64,000 nucleotides of DNA from Octopus vulgaris (Eukaryota), in contig OX597822.1 in assembly GCA_951406725.2 (NCBI GenBank), forward strand, positions 72,106,001-72,170,000. The letters run 5' to 3'. Positions 41,603 to 55,628 of the stretch are shown in pieces. The translations under genes and the position numbers were made by a program. Positions within the stretch are counted from its first letter, which is position 1; each line of letters begins with the position of its first letter. Under the pieces are notes generated by a model, which did no database searches, had not been told where the DNA came from, and was given only the letters and a program-made list of their open reading frames with translations.

Positions 41603-41951
41603 TATTTTACTCTTTTACTTATTTCAGTCATCCGACTGCTGCCATGCTGGAGCAGTGCCTTTAGTCGAACAAATCGACCCCAGTGCTTATTCTATCGGTG
41701 TCTTTTATCGAACCTCTAAGTTACGGGGACGTAAACACACCAACATCGGTCGTCAAGCGATGGTGGGTGGACAAACACGCACATATGTATACGACGAGCT
41801 TCTTTCAGTTTCTGACTACCAAATGTACTCACAAGGCTTTGATCGGCTTGAGGCTATAGTAAAAGACACTTGCCCAAGGTGCCACGCAGTGGGGCTGAGT
41901 CCAGAACCATATGGTTGGGAAGTAGCAAACTTCTTACCACACAGCCACGCC

Positions 41952-41955
<4 letters not shown>
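41603..41955 (-). mobile_element. SINE family B
   Basis: Family B blocks in reverse orientation. Confidence 0.8.
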
Positions 41956-42027
<72 letters not shown>

Positions 42028-42199
42028 CATGTATACATACATACATGCTTACATACATACGCACATATATACATAATACATATATACCCTGTTGTTGATG
42101 TTGAAATTACACTGAAGGAGCCTTGGATGTATGTTAGAAACCGGTTCTTTCTCTATTGGCAAGAAATCTTGAAATAAACTGAATGATGACATACGCGCG

Positions 42200-42239
<40 letters not shown>

Positions 42240-42248
42240 CACACACAT

Positions 42249-42994
42249 CTATAATTGAAAAGAAATGGAGTCAACAAAAAGGAGCACGGTTGGGTATTTA
42301 TTTTTAATCACTACAATTGTTTCCACACAATGTAGTTCTCCAGGCGTGCAGGTCCTTGGTTATGCAACTGTTTCCTTGCACTATGAGATCTGGTTGTGTT
42401 TCACACATAGCATATGTAAATATTCCCTTCGTAAGTTTAAAATCCTCGGCTTCAAGGACGTCTCTGTCTATCGTGGCCTGAATTTAGTATCCACTGAGTT
42501 CAGTGACTACTACTATGTTCAGGCCATGTTAGACATAGAGGATGTTCTTGAAGCCGAGGATTTTGAATTCACGGAGACAATATTTACATATCCACTGAGG
42601 AAACACAACCAAATCTCATAATGCAGAAAACAGTTGCATAATGAAGTACCTGCACGCCTGGAGAACTACGTTGCGTGGAAACAATTGTAACGATTAAAAT
42701 ATAAATACCCAACCGTACTCCTTCTTATTTACATTATTTATATTATTTACATTCGATAGATATTTGTCCTCATCTTGTTTTTTGTTAACACAACGTTTCG
42801 GCTGATATATCCTCCAGCCTTCTTCAGGTGTCTTGGGAAAATTTCGAAAAATTTCGAAAAGTTTAACAACAAACAAGGTGAGGACAAATATCCGTTGAAT
42901 GTAAATAATGTAAATAATATAAATAATGTAATAATTCTACATCTCTTAAATATAGAACGTACTCCTTCTTGTCTCCAATTTTTTCAAATATATA
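42249..42994. repeat. Foldback (palindromic) element with about 250-bp arms, centre near 42498, carrying an insertion at 42727-42957
   Basis: GGTTGGGTATTTAT..GTAGTTCTCCAGGCGTGCAGG mirrored by CCTGCACGCCTGGAGAACTAC..ATAAATACCCAACC; insertion flanked by 13-bp direct repeat cgtactccttctt. Confidence 0.85.
42787..42832 (-). ncRNA. Minimal type I hammerhead ribozyme
   Basis: GACAC CUGAAGA a GGCUG..CAGCC GAAA CG UU GUGUU; AACGUU palindrome in place of stem III. Confidence 0.7.
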
Positions 42995-43123
42995 TTCACA
43001 TACGACAGATGCCCAAACGCAAACCTGGAAGTACGTATAATACAACTACTGGATAGTACAGGGTAAATCTGAAGGTGGACGAGCACTATACTCTACTGTG
43101 TTCTTAACAGAATATACCACAAC

Positions 43124-43174
<51 letters not shown>

Positions 43175-43176
<2 letters not shown>

Positions 43177-43479
43177 AGGCACATGGCCTAGTGGTTTGTG
43201 CAGCGGACTCGCGGGTCGAGGAATAGTGGGTTCGAATCTCAGACCGGGTGATGTGTGTGTTTATGAGCGAAACACCCAATCTCCACGCGGCTCCAGCAGA
43301 AGGTAATGGCGAACTTCTGCTGAATCTTTCGCCACAACTTTCTCTCACTCTTTTCCTCCTGCATCTAGCAGCTCATCTGCGATGGGCCGGCGTCCCATCC
43401 AGGTGGGAAACCTATACGCCAATGAAACCGGGAAACCGGCCCATTATGAACCAGGCATGGCTTGAGAAGGAACAAATAA

Positions 43480-43480
<1 letters not shown>
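43175..43480 (+). mobile_element. SINE family C with alternative tail
   Basis: tRNA-Arg-like head and body, tail GGCCGGCGTCCCATCCAGG..GAAACCGGGAAACCGG. Confidence 0.8.
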
Positions 43481-43536
<56 letters not shown>

Positions 43537-43946
43537 CACACACACATACATATATCTGCGTAAATATGTGTATATATATATTATGTGTATATAAATATCT
43601 CTGGATATATGTATGTGTGATGTATGTATACATTCGTATATATCGATACACATGAACATACGCATATCCGCAGTAATCGTAAATATCGAATGGAAAATAA
43701 GAATTCATCATTATAGAAGAATTCCAGTTAATTTGCTAATTAGCACGAAGTTTATGAAAATTACATCAATGCTACGCAACTTCTAGTGAGCATACAAAAC
43801 ACAATGACACCAGACTATTGGTAAGCTTCCTAAGGTTCTCTTCTTTTTACCCCACCATCGCACCGAACCAGTTCCTGCTGATCGATATTACAGTTTCAAA
43901 GGAATTGAAATGTGTTGATATATATATGATGGTGTTGGGGAGAGAG

Positions 43947-44395
43947 ATTTAATCCGAGGTCAGTCCTAATCCAACAAACCTCTGATGAAATTACGATGGT
44001 GTTGGCGTTTAAAGCCGAGGTCAGACTCGATCCAATAAATCTATGCTGAAATTCTGATGTTGTTAATGTAGGTGTTATCATTGGCGTTTTAACTCGAGGT
44101 CAGTCTCGGTCCAGCAAACCTATTATGAAGTTATTATGGTGCTGATGCTAGAGTTGCTGCTGGTGTTTTAATCCCAGGTCAGTCTTGATCTAATAAACCC
44201 ATGATAAAAGAAATGTGGCCACGACCATTTCGCCTTCTATTCAGACAATATATTGTGGATCATGTGATTGTAGTATAATGGCTAGTGCTAGTGGTGACTG
44301 CAGTTGCTGTAGTCGCTGCTTTTGTTGCTGTTTATCCTAGGCCAGTTCTGTGAGAGGAAACAGGTCTACGATTAAGGGCGTTCCAGCCGTGAAGT
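43947..44395 (+). repeat. Degenerate tandem repeat of an about 40-bp motif with variable spacers
   Basis: TTTAA..C.AGGTCAG.C...TC.A..AAA.C four times, plus one more diverged copy near 44331. Confidence 0.7.
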
Positions 44396-44655
44396 TCTTA
44401 TGTTGTTTTTGTGTAATATATAGACTGCAGACTGATTGGTATGACGTCTTATATCAACACTACGAAACCTTGGAGAATCTTTGATATGTCTTGTAAATTT
44501 TTTACTCTACTATTAATCGATTGGATTTAGAAGATGCAAAGCATTTTGCTCTGTTCTTTATTTGGAAAGCCCAGTGTTTCTACGCATATAAGGAAATCTG
44601 CTGTTACATAACCCAGTACATCTATGTTAATAGACTCAATAAGATTGCGTGTATA

Positions 44656-44872
44656 AGGCGGCGAGCTGGCGGAAACGTTAGCATGCCGGGCGAAATGCTT
44701 AGCAGTATTTCGTCTGCCGCTTCGTTCTGAGTTTAAATTCCGCCGAGGTCGACTTTGCCTTTCATCCTTTCGGGGTCGATTAAATAAGTCCCAGTACGCA
44801 CTGCGACTTAATCCGTTTGTCTATCCTTGTTTGTCCCCTCTATGTTTAGCCCCTTGCGAGCAATAAAGAAAT
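44656..44872 (+). mobile_element. SINE family A, full length
   Basis: GGCGGCGAGCTGG head to AATAAAGAAATA; TSD agattgcgt. Confidence 0.9.
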
Positions 44873-45260
44873 AAGATTGCGTATCCAGGGTACAAATGTC
44901 ATAAGTTCCGAATAAGTTCAACATAAATGATTTCTTTCTTTACAGTTTTAAACCTACTGAACTCAGCTGTGTTCATAGCTTTGTCCGTTATTCCATAGAA
45001 CATCAGTTCTGTTGTAATTACACTATAGTGCTACTTTTTTTTTAGATCATTCTACTTGTATTCCTTATTTTTAAAGGTGTGAATACATTACTGACAACCC
45101 TGTAAATAGATTAGGCAACAACGACAAATCTCCTGAAAGAGTGGAACCGTACTGACACCTTTCGGGCCGTTTCTGATGATATAAGGGATTTTTTTCGTTA
45201 CCGGAATTGCGAAATTGATAGCCTGATTTTTCCTCACAACCTAGTTTGGAGACATCTTTA

Positions 45261-45640
45261 TCTTTTTACTCTTTTACTTGTTTCAGTCATTTGACTGTGG
45301 CCATGCTGGAGCATCGCCTTAGTCGTGCAAATCGACCCCAGGACTTATTCTTTGTAAGCCTAGTACTTATTCTATCGGCCTCTTTTGCCGAATTGCTAAG
45401 TTACGGGGACATAAACACACCAGCATCGGTTGTCAAGCGATGTTGGGGGGACAAACACACACACACACATACACACACATATACATATATACAACGGGTT
45501 TCTTTCAGCTTCCGTTTGTCAAATCTACTAACAAGGCTTTGGTCGGCTCGAGGCTATAGAAGAAGACACTTGCCCAAGGTGCTATGCAGTGGGACTGAAC
45601 CCGGAACCATGTGGTTGGTAAGCAAGTTACTTATCACACA
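45261..45640 (-). mobile_element. SINE family B
   Basis: Family B blocks in reverse orientation. Confidence 0.85.
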
Positions 45641-45649
45641 GACATTCCT

Positions 45650-45874
45650 ACTGATGAGGGATCTAAAAGCTATCTCATAATCCTGAATAGCGAAGGCGTA
45701 TCCTTCTATATGGGAGTTGATGTGTCTGTCACAAATCCAGAAGAGTCTTACCTTTCTAGCAATATTGTTGGTATCATTTAGCTTGCGGCATATGTACGCG
45801 GACCGTAACTTTCTGTTAATATAATGAGTGACTTTTTTATACACTTCTGAATTAATAGAGGGTATTGATTTAGG

Positions 45875-45934
<60 letters not shown>

Positions 45935-46720
45935 ACTGCTGCTGATACTGCTACTGTAGATGCAGCTGTTGTTGCTACTATTGTGTGAGTACACATGAGA
46001 GTGATATGATGTGATACTCAAAGGGCGTTTGTATTGACCTCATGCTTCTGTCTGTTTTTCCGTCTAACCATAGATTCTGTCTGTTATTGTCGATATTAAA
46101 GTTTCCTGTGATTTTTCTCGTCTTCGTTTTAGTGACCAAGTTGCTGATCTCTTCAAATGTCCAATTTAGTATCCCCAATGCTGATATTAGTACTAGTACT
46201 GCAATGGGGTTATGGAGTGTAATATCCATAACGCCACTGCGGTATTTTTATAGACAGGATATTAATATACAAATTCCAACTCTGGCCAACATCCTTCCCT
46301 GATTGAATAACTTGAGCAAGATTATTTTAGTCTGTTGGAGATGTTTTAATATTAAATTGCGGGTCTCATGTGATGTTAATGGAAATTTACAACCACAATG
46401 GCCCTCCTTGTGTGGAAATTATAATTTTTTCAACATCTTTATTAATGTTCAAATTTCTAGTAACACTGAACAGTTTCTGATTTCTAACTTCAATCTCGCA
46501 TTGTTCGTGCAGTGGTCGAAATAGATACTGCAAAAATGCGAGCGATGTGCTTGTTATACACTGTGTTGACGGCTATATCTTCTTTACTCTTACAAAGAAG
46601 TCATTTCTAGCTCCTTCAAAAGGAACGCCTCTCCAATACCAAACATTTTCATCATGTTCAAAATACTTGTAGTTCCCAATTATATGCAAAAGCCGTTCTC
46701 TCAAGTCAATCTAATATCTT
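45650..46720 (-). mobile_element. Decayed non-LTR retrotransposon (R4/Dong-like) thumb region
   Basis: HNPIAVLVLISALGILNWTFEEISNLVTKT and SHIEGYAFAIQDYEI resemble post-RT motifs of RLE-type LINEs. Confidence 0.55.
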
Positions 46721-48604
46721 TGGAATATAAGTTCGTTAGACTAAAAATTAGGACAATTTGACGTTACTAAATACATGGCCCATGCAGATTTAGGATTCAG
46801 GGCATCTATTCTGTAAACATTATGTTTTGTGAGATCGTATTTAGCGAGAGGACAAAGAAGAGTCCAGATAAGCTATCGCCATGCAGAGTACCATTTTAAA
46901 ATTGCATGTCAGATGTAATTGGTTTGTTATCTACCAGAAATAAAGATGTTTATAATGTCTTAGAAAGAAGTTGAATTGCAGCTATCACTTGTAGTACTTT
47001 GGTTAAATGTAAAGCTTACACAATTCCTCTTTCAATTTCGGGCCAAAATTTTCCAACTTAAAACTAGAGTAAAAAAACACAACAAAAAACAAACAAAAAA
47101 AAAAAACAGAAAATAAAACTTAGAAGTGATTCTCTTCCCTTAAACTTAAACTCGTTCTTCTTCCCTCTTCCTCTATCTACTCCTCACCCTCTCTACTCTC
47201 CCCCCTTCTCTCTACTCCTCTTCCCTCTCTCAGCATCTCTTCCTCTATCCTACTGCCAGCAAAGAGAACACTTAGATAATCCACCCATGTGCTATATTAT
47301 CAACAGTTTCCTAGTAGTCTAGCCACACTGCAGCCAAATTACCGCGTATTTTTTCACTGTTTCTACCCGGTTTATTGCACGATATGACTCCTGTTATTGT
47401 ATGAGATGACTCCTGTAATTCTTGCCATTCTCCCAGTCTGCTCATATTTGTGGAAATACATTAATGATTCTGTAAACAGATTACGTATCATGCATGATAT
47501 TAAGACAGGACAGGGGTTGTAATTATTCTAACTTCGGTGATTTGGTTATTTCTGCAAAGAAAAAAAAAAGTAACTACAATGGTCAACCGTTTGAGCACAT
47601 AATATACTCCTGATACGTTTTCCATACAGGGTTACCAACTTTGGTGATAAAACGCGAAATTCCTGTACAAATATCTTGGGCAAGAGAATTTTATGATTTT
47701 ATATTTGTCATTTCTTTAGAACCGGTTCCACTATTGAACCATTCATTTCATATAGTTTTTGTCCAACATGCTAGTAGTAGACCCATTCTTCTTCTTCTTC
47801 TTCTTCTTCTTCTTCTTCTTCTTCTTCTTCTTCTTCACCACCGCTACCGCCGTCGGCACCGCCACTCGTATCGTCGTCGTCGTCGTCGTCGTCTTCATCG
47901 TGGTGGTGGTGGTCTTCTTTTGTCTCCAACTTCTTGCAATGCAGCTTTGTTTGTCGAACTTATCATTTCTTCTCCATATAGACTTCAAGAAGCTTTCAGC
48001 TTGTTCTTCTGATAGAGTGTCTTTTATAGAGATTGTGATGTTTACACTGAAACTACGATAGACTGAGTTAAGATCTTTGGCAAACACCCTATTCAGCATC
48101 GACGTTTATAAAACGTAAATTTATATATGCATGTATATATCAATGTATATATGAATGTATGTATGTGTGTATGTATGCATGTATATATATTTATGTATCT
48201 ATATGTATGCGTATGTGTTTTATTAAGTGCATTTAAATATATGCGTGTGTATATATATTCATCCATTAAATTCTCTAGGGATTAGATTAATCGATGAAGT
48301 CTTGTGTGTCACTTGTAAAGTATAATAAACACATACCACACAAATACTAACACTAACACGTATGTAAAAACACAAACGCGCATGCGTGCGCGCACACACA
48401 CATGCGCATGTATCCACACACTCATACACATACATATGCATACACACATGTACGCATAGACACAGACAAATAGGAAAATCAAAAGAAAATATAGATCAAT
48501 ATCCATACGTGCATACACACACACATATATATATATATAAGTATGTATACATATGTGTGTGTATATATATGTATATCTGTCTATCTGTCTATCTATATAC
48601 CTAC

Positions 48605-48698
<94 letters not shown>

Positions 48699-49095
48699 CC
48701 CTTTCTTTCTTGTGTGGTGTGGTATATTGATCACAGTACACGAAATTACATTTATACGCACACACACACAAACATATACACATATGTATGCGGGTATATA
48801 TAGAAATATCTATACCTATAAGTATGCATATTGTTATACATATGCACTTACATAAATATGCATGTGCGCTTGTGTGTAAGCATGAAGAGGTGGAAATAAG
48901 AAGAGAGAATAAAATCTATGGCGATGGAGAAAGAGATAGGGAAGGAGTGAGAGAGAGAAAGAGGAAGAGATAGAGAGTGAGAGAAAGGAAGAGGGAGAGA
49001 AAGAGTTATATACAGAAGAAAACAGACAGATAGAGAAGACAATGTAAGATTTACTTAAATACATTTGACAGACTGAGAGACAGAGAGACATAAAG

Positions 49096-49177
<82 letters not shown>

Positions 49178-49932
49178 GACCAGGCCCCAAGAAACTAATC
49201 TATAAAACTGATAATGTCGTTTTTGTATTGAAGTCAAGAAATTTGCTGTTTTATGAGTGCATACAGAACAGCGAGAAACCAGAAAAAAATTCCATTCTTA
49301 TACATCCTGGAAGATTCGAACGTGAATTTATCACAGTCATTTATCCTCATCGAAGAATACCTCGTATTTTTTAGTTATTTGCGCTCATAGTTCTCGTGTT
49401 TCATTGGTATAAGAGGACTTTGAGCGACTGCTTTTTTCGACCTTGTTGTGTGTCTCTTCAGTTAAGGCTATCCCTCCGGCCTGATGAATCTAACAAAATC
49501 ATTGGCTCTTGTTTAAAGAAATCAGCAAATTAATTATTTACTGATGCGTTTTGATGCCTGCCAAGCTGAAAGTAATTCATGGGGTGCACGCAAAGCAGCG
49601 AAAAATCCAAGCAATACAGTATCTAATATTTTCAGTAATTTCTGGCAGATTTGAGCGTGAACATGTTGATTACTGTCGTAATTTTTCGCTGGAAAAAACA
49701 TTTTCCTTTCGACGAAATATTCTTTGAAAAAAGCCATAATAATGAATGCAGAACGATTTCAAGTATTATGAATATGATTTTTTTTGTCTGAATTTATAAA
49801 ATTAATTGTAAGATTTATTGTGATTTTCAATTAAGGGAAATAAATGTAATAAATGTTGGTTGTAACCCTGAATTTATTTTCTTGGATTTTGGAAATGGTG
49901 ATTGAGACTGAAGGAGGGCTTAAAATTATATA

Positions 49933-50167
49933 CAGTAATCCTTCGACTATCACGGGTGTTACGTTCCAAAACACTCCGCTATAGGTGAAAATTGGCAAAG
50001 TAGAAACAGTACTGTGATGTATATTTTGATATTATTTTTATAATTTCTATATATTTATTTTATTATAAATGCAAAACAACACCACGGAGGAATTGACGTA
50101 AGTTTAAATAATAAACCGCGATAGTTGAATCGTGATAGGTGAAGCGCGATATGGCGAGGGTTTACTG
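49933..50167. mobile_element. pogo/Tigger-like MITE
   Basis: TA|CAGTAATCCTTCG...CGAGGGTTTACTG|TA: TIRs with TA duplication. Confidence 0.8.
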
Positions 50168-50300
50168 TAAAGGAACAAGTTTTTGAATGGAACTGCTATG
50201 TTGATAAAATTGAAGTTTATTGAAAAAAGGGTTAACAAGGCTAAACGGTCAACGTTTATTGACCTTAAATATATAATGAAGCATTATAAGGGAAGCAAAA

Positions 50301-50510
50301 GGAGGCGAGCTGGCAGAATCGTCAGTACGCTGGGCAAAATGCATAGCGGCATTTCGTCCGTCTTTACGGAGTTCAAATTCCGCCGAGGTCGATTTTGCCT
50401 TTGATCCTCTCTGGGTCGATATACTGAGTGTCAGTCAAGTACTGTGGTCGATGTGATTGACCATTCCACTTCCCACAAATTGCAGGCTTTGTGCTTTTAG
50501 CAGAAAAAGT
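50301..50510 (+). mobile_element. SINE family A, diverged
   Basis: GGCGAGCTGGCAGAA head and B-box GAGTTCAAATTCC. Confidence 0.75.
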
Positions 50511-51239
50511 TATTAGGGAAGCAAAAAAATTTGATTATGAAATCTGTTAAAATAACGGATGAGTTTTATGTAATATATTGTAGACAGCTTGCAGAGGAAT
50601 AATAAAATTTGTAGCTATTAAATATGACAACAGTGATACTGGGCAAAGTTAATAATGTGCAAAAGTAGAAAATATTAGTAATTATAAGTATACAAACGAA
50701 TTTGTTTAGAACAAAAATTGATTTAAAGAAAACCATTGATTTGACATTAAGGCGATGTTATCCCAGTGAATTTGTGTAACGAAAAAGAGCCTGGGGGATT
50801 AAACAATAGATTCTATGCTAATTTGATTAAAAAATATAGCATTAAGCTATAATTACTTTATATTATTTAAAGTAGTGCATAGCTATTTTGGTAAATTTGT
50901 TTATATGAACTAATATTATGAACTAACAGTCTGTTTCAATGTGATAGAGATGGTTTATATTACATGAAAGAGGCAGGAGGGGGTTGTTAGTGAAAGCAGA
51001 CGATGTAAGTTAGAAACCATATTACATGTCTATGGTATATAGAAATACAGGTGATATTCAGAGATAGGCGTAGCATACAGTAGAAATATAGATATGCATA
51101 TGTCTATACAATACACTTGCGCGTGCATACACGTTTGGGATACTTAGACACACACACACACGCGCGCGCGCAAACTTCTCTGTTTCTCATTCTCTGTGTC
51201 TATGTATTTCCTATACTGCAATGAAACACGTATGACATG

Positions 51240-51430
51240 GAATTTAAAATTCTCCAAATTCCCGAGTTCAATCCAAGGTAAGGCACTAAAGTGAATCACG
51301 AGACTCCTGAAGAAGGCTGGAGCATACAGAACTGAAACGTAGCGAAATAGTGAAATCCAGGTTGAGGATACCACTCTCATCAATGCATTATATAAAAATT
51401 CTTCATCTCAGAAATACAGAATTGTATTCC
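51240..51430 (+). mobile_element. Penelope pLTR-like repeat with decayed hammerhead (CTGAAGAAGGCTGG..GAAACGTA)
   Basis: Similar to the element at 42727-42957 (CTGAAGAAGGCTGGAG; catctc..aaata.agaa). Confidence 0.5.
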
Positions 51431-51469
51431 TAGTCTTTTAACATCCATCCATCCATCCATCCAACTATC

Positions 51470-54212
51470 TCTGGATCTCGAAGTAAAGACAATATTCTTA
51501 GAGCCGGAGGGTAGACTGGTCGTCCTAGATGTCGACGGCAGCAATGGGTGCGCTTTTCGACTCGTATCAGTCTACGCACCGCCTTTAACAGGTCGGCCGG
51601 ATTTCTTTCGACGTCTAGAAGTATTCCTAGGAGCGTCTCGTCCTATACTTTTAGTGGAGGATTGGAATGCTACCTTGGACACACATGTAGACTACATGGG
51701 CAGAAATAGGAAATAGACGGGGATGCAAATGCCCCAGAGACCTGCTCAGACGCTTTCAACTGTCTGACAGGTACCGACTCGACCACCCGAATGCGCCAAC
51801 GTGGACATGGAGTAACTGCATCGGGTCGTCAAGATCGTGTCTAGATAGGATACTGTGTAGGACAGTAGATAGAGATAGCGTAGGGTGTCCACAATTCCAT
51901 ATAATCAACTACACGGATCACAAACTTGTGACATGTACGCTAGACTTAGGTAAGACACATAGGCAGGGACCCGGGTACTGGAAATTAAACGCGTCTTTCC
52001 CACCGAGACAGGTTTTCAGAGACTGGATTAGCACACTAGTAAAGAGGGCTTTGACGGGAGCCATCATCAACAACAAATGGTGGTTTGCCCTCAAGAGAGC
52101 AATAAAAGCAGAAGCGATTAGGTATAGTAAAGCACTAGCCATAGATAGAAACAGAGTAGGGGGTGAGTTAGTTAAGAAGTTAGAAGAGGCAATTAGAAGT
52201 GGCATCGTATCCGACGTTTTGGCAGTGAGGTTGGCCCTTAAGCAACACTTCAGCGCCAAACACAAAGGGTGTGTTGTCAGAGCTAGGATGCGTGCTCAAA
52301 GGAATGAAGGTGTTGGAGCCGCACGAGAGGCCCGGGTGGCGGAGGCGCAACAGGGCAACAAAGCCACCATTCGATCTCTGGTAGATGAACAGGGGCATGA
52401 ATTACTCGAGCCAAGTAAAATGTGTGAGGCATTTCAACAGCATTTTGCCCGACAGTTCGGGACGAGTGGCGGGCGAGAACGCAGGGTGGACTTCAGTGCT
52501 TACCTACACAGCCTGCCACGATTGTCGACAAGAGAGGCCGTGAAGATGCCATCACGGCAGCGAAAGTGCGGGACGCGATGTCAGAATGCTCGAGGGACAA
52601 ATCGCTGGGTTTGGATGGTCTATCCTACGAGCTTTACAGTTGCATGCCAGACTTGTTTGGAGTCAAGATAGCTGCTTCGTACAGAAGCATCCGTTCGGTA
52701 ATTCGCGTAAATGGACATCTATCGAGACCTTTCGACATTGCAGGTTCTGTCTGTCAGGGATGCCCCCTCTCGTCGCTTCTATACGTATTGACTCTCGAGC
52801 CACTACTGTGGAAGCTGGCGACTCTGAGGGGCGTGTCTGCATACGCAGACGACGTCACCGTCATAATGTCTAGTCACGAGCTCATCGAGCTGGTCGGTGA
52901 GATACTGAAAGACTGCGAAGCGGTAACAGGAGCGAAAATCAACAGGGAAAAGTCAGTGGGCTTGCGGCTCGGCACCCGGAGAAGCAAGCCCATGCCGTCC
53001 ACCAGAGCTTCCGTCGTGGGACGCTGGATCGATGGTCCGGACGAGTTGCTCGGTGTCTGGTTTGGTCCGGACCTCCAAATGGAGAAGAACTGGAACGAGA
53101 TAACGAGTAGGGTGGTCACCTTCGCCCGGCAATAGGCCAAGAGGAAACTGTCCCTAAAAGATCGAGCGGAGGTGTCGAACACGTACATTGCGTCCGTCAT
53201 CTACTACCACCTGACTGTGGTGCCTACCATCACCAAACTAGAACGCATTCTCTTTCGCTTCTTGTGGAAAGGATGCGTCCCGATGGTCAGGCGATCTATT
53301 TGCTCTCGACACCAGTTAAAAGGATGGCTGGGCATGCCGTGGTTGATGATGCGCAGACACGCACTGAGACTGCAACAATTCCGACTCTACGTAGACGACG
53401 GTGAACAGGTGTGGTCGCCATTTGTGAGGCATGCTTTCCGTTCGGGATAATCTCTACAGACACGGCTCGAGAAACACGGGGTCGACCTACCCGAGATGCG
53501 ATCAGAGCGACGAAACAGCTCTGCACGCACTCGTGCAGTGTCCAACTATTTCCGACCTGTGGGCTTATGTCGAACGACTGCTGTCACGTATGGGACGAGT
53601 CAGTTTATCAGCCGAGTCTATCGTCAATATCGTCACGCCTCCTTCCTTCAAACGGGAAGGAAGAGCTATTTTCATCATACTTGTGGCTATGGCGAAAGAA
53701 TGTATCTGGTGGACGCGTCTGAGAGGATTGGAGACAAACACTTTCCTCTCTGGTCAATCTCTCATTAACTTCAAGTATTACTTGAAAAGGAAAGTGAGAG
53801 AAGAGAGGCAAGTTTTGTCAAGCGAATGTTTGAAAGAAAGATGGGTGAATGTAACAAGGATGGCACGTATGAATGACGAAGCTACTTGAGCATGATCCTA
53901 TGAAACCGGAAAAATTTAAAACTGAGAGTTACTTACTTGCAAATAAATGTGTTAGCATGTGACGTTATTGACCGAGGTTACTGTGGTATTTTCCGTAGGC
54001 TTTTCTTTCCACAGGTAAACCTTATCTGTTTCCCCCTTTACACTTTACATCATGACATTTCTGTAATACACGATCCCTATTGATCGTTTTTTTTATGATC
54101 TTTTTTGATCTATTTTTTTCTCCCCCAAAAGAAAAGCTCTACTTTGTAATTTGTCCCCTCTGTGTTCAGCCCTGTATCGCAAATATATAGAAACATATCT
54201 GTCTACCTACCG

Positions 54213-54295
<83 letters not shown>

Positions 54296-54596
54296 CCTAT
54301 TGATCGTTCTTTTTTTCCTCTTCCCCCTTTTTTCCCCTTTTTTTCTCTTTTTTCATTTCTCTTTTCTTTTATTCCTTTTCCTTTTCTTCTTTTTTATTTT
54401 TATTTTTATTTTTTATTTTTTATTTTATTTTTTTTTGTTCTTTTCTTCCCTTTTACGATCCCTCTTGATCGAAAACCTACGCCACCCCTTTTTTTTTGTT
54501 TCTTTTGTTTTTTGTTTTTTTCATCCCCCAAAAGAAAAGCTCTACCTTGTAACTTGTTCCATCTGTGTGCAGCCCTGTGTGGCCAATAAAGAAACT
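51470..54596 (+). mobile_element. Tx1/L1-clade LINE, 5' truncated, with duplicated 3' end
   Basis: VYAP, TDH, GPGYWKLNAS, GLDGLSYELY, QGCPLSSLLYVL, YADDV, PRC..DETALHALVQC; 3' UTR ends twice (near 54190 and 54596) in a (TATC)n array. Confidence 0.9.
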
Positions 54597-55413
54597 TATC
54601 TATCTATCTATCTATCGATCTATCTATCAACCTTTGTAAATTAATGTGTATGTCTGCTGCATCAATACAGAGGTGTATACAATAACCACCATTCCCCAAT
54701 CACACTGTCCATAGTTTCATCTTCATTCATTTTCTCTTCATCAATTTTCTTCTGTTTACAACATGTTCATCTCCACATGTTTTAAATAAATATTTCAATT
54801 AAATTTGTTGTGGCATATTTTATAGACATATTTATATATTTAGTTAGTTTCTTAATCCGCTTTTCTATGGAAGTAATCTGGTCAAACAATTATCCCTTAA
54901 CTTAAATGAACGCAAGTAAAAAAAAGAAAAATGGTATTAAAAAAAGACTCAATAAATTCTAATACCATAAAATCGAATAACAAAAGCATGGAAGTCGTAA
55001 TTACAAATCCGTCAAAGAATAGGAATATGAACAAGAAGAAAAATACAAAGAAAAAGAAGCAGAAACACAGGGTGACTGTTATACTATATACAGACATATA
55101 TATACACACATATATATATATATATATATACATATATATACATATACATACACATATACATATATATATACATACACACACACACATATATATACACTCA
55201 TATATATACATACACATATATATATACGTATATATATATATTTATATATATATTTATATCTATCTATAAATAGATATAGATGATAGTTAAAATATGCAAG
55301 CATGCATACATACATACACACACACATACACGCGCAGACACACACATGCACTCACACGCACACATACACACATATGCAGGTATCTATGTAAATATGTATA
55401 TACTAATACGACT

Positions 55414-55453
<40 letters not shown>

Positions 55454-55528
55454 TGTATACATATATTTAATATTTTAATACCATATATATGTGTGTGTGT
55501 GTATAATCTATATCTATGTATGTATATC

Positions 55529-55628
<100 letters not shown>

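Noticed and set aside
42105-42150. CTGAAGGAGCC..AGAAACCGGTTC hammerhead-like text
   Set aside because: The core deviates and stems I and II cannot be formed convincingly in this copy.
42265-42621. 118-aa ORF with normal-looking composition
   Set aside because: It lies within the palindromic repeat and shows no recognisable domain.
43947-44395. CRISPR array
   Set aside because: Eukaryotic context, degenerate repeats, irregular low-complexity spacers and no cas genes.
49424-49468. Hammerhead-like CUGAAGA GAC..GUC GAAA..UC on the minus strand
   Set aside because: Stem I and stem III do not pair.
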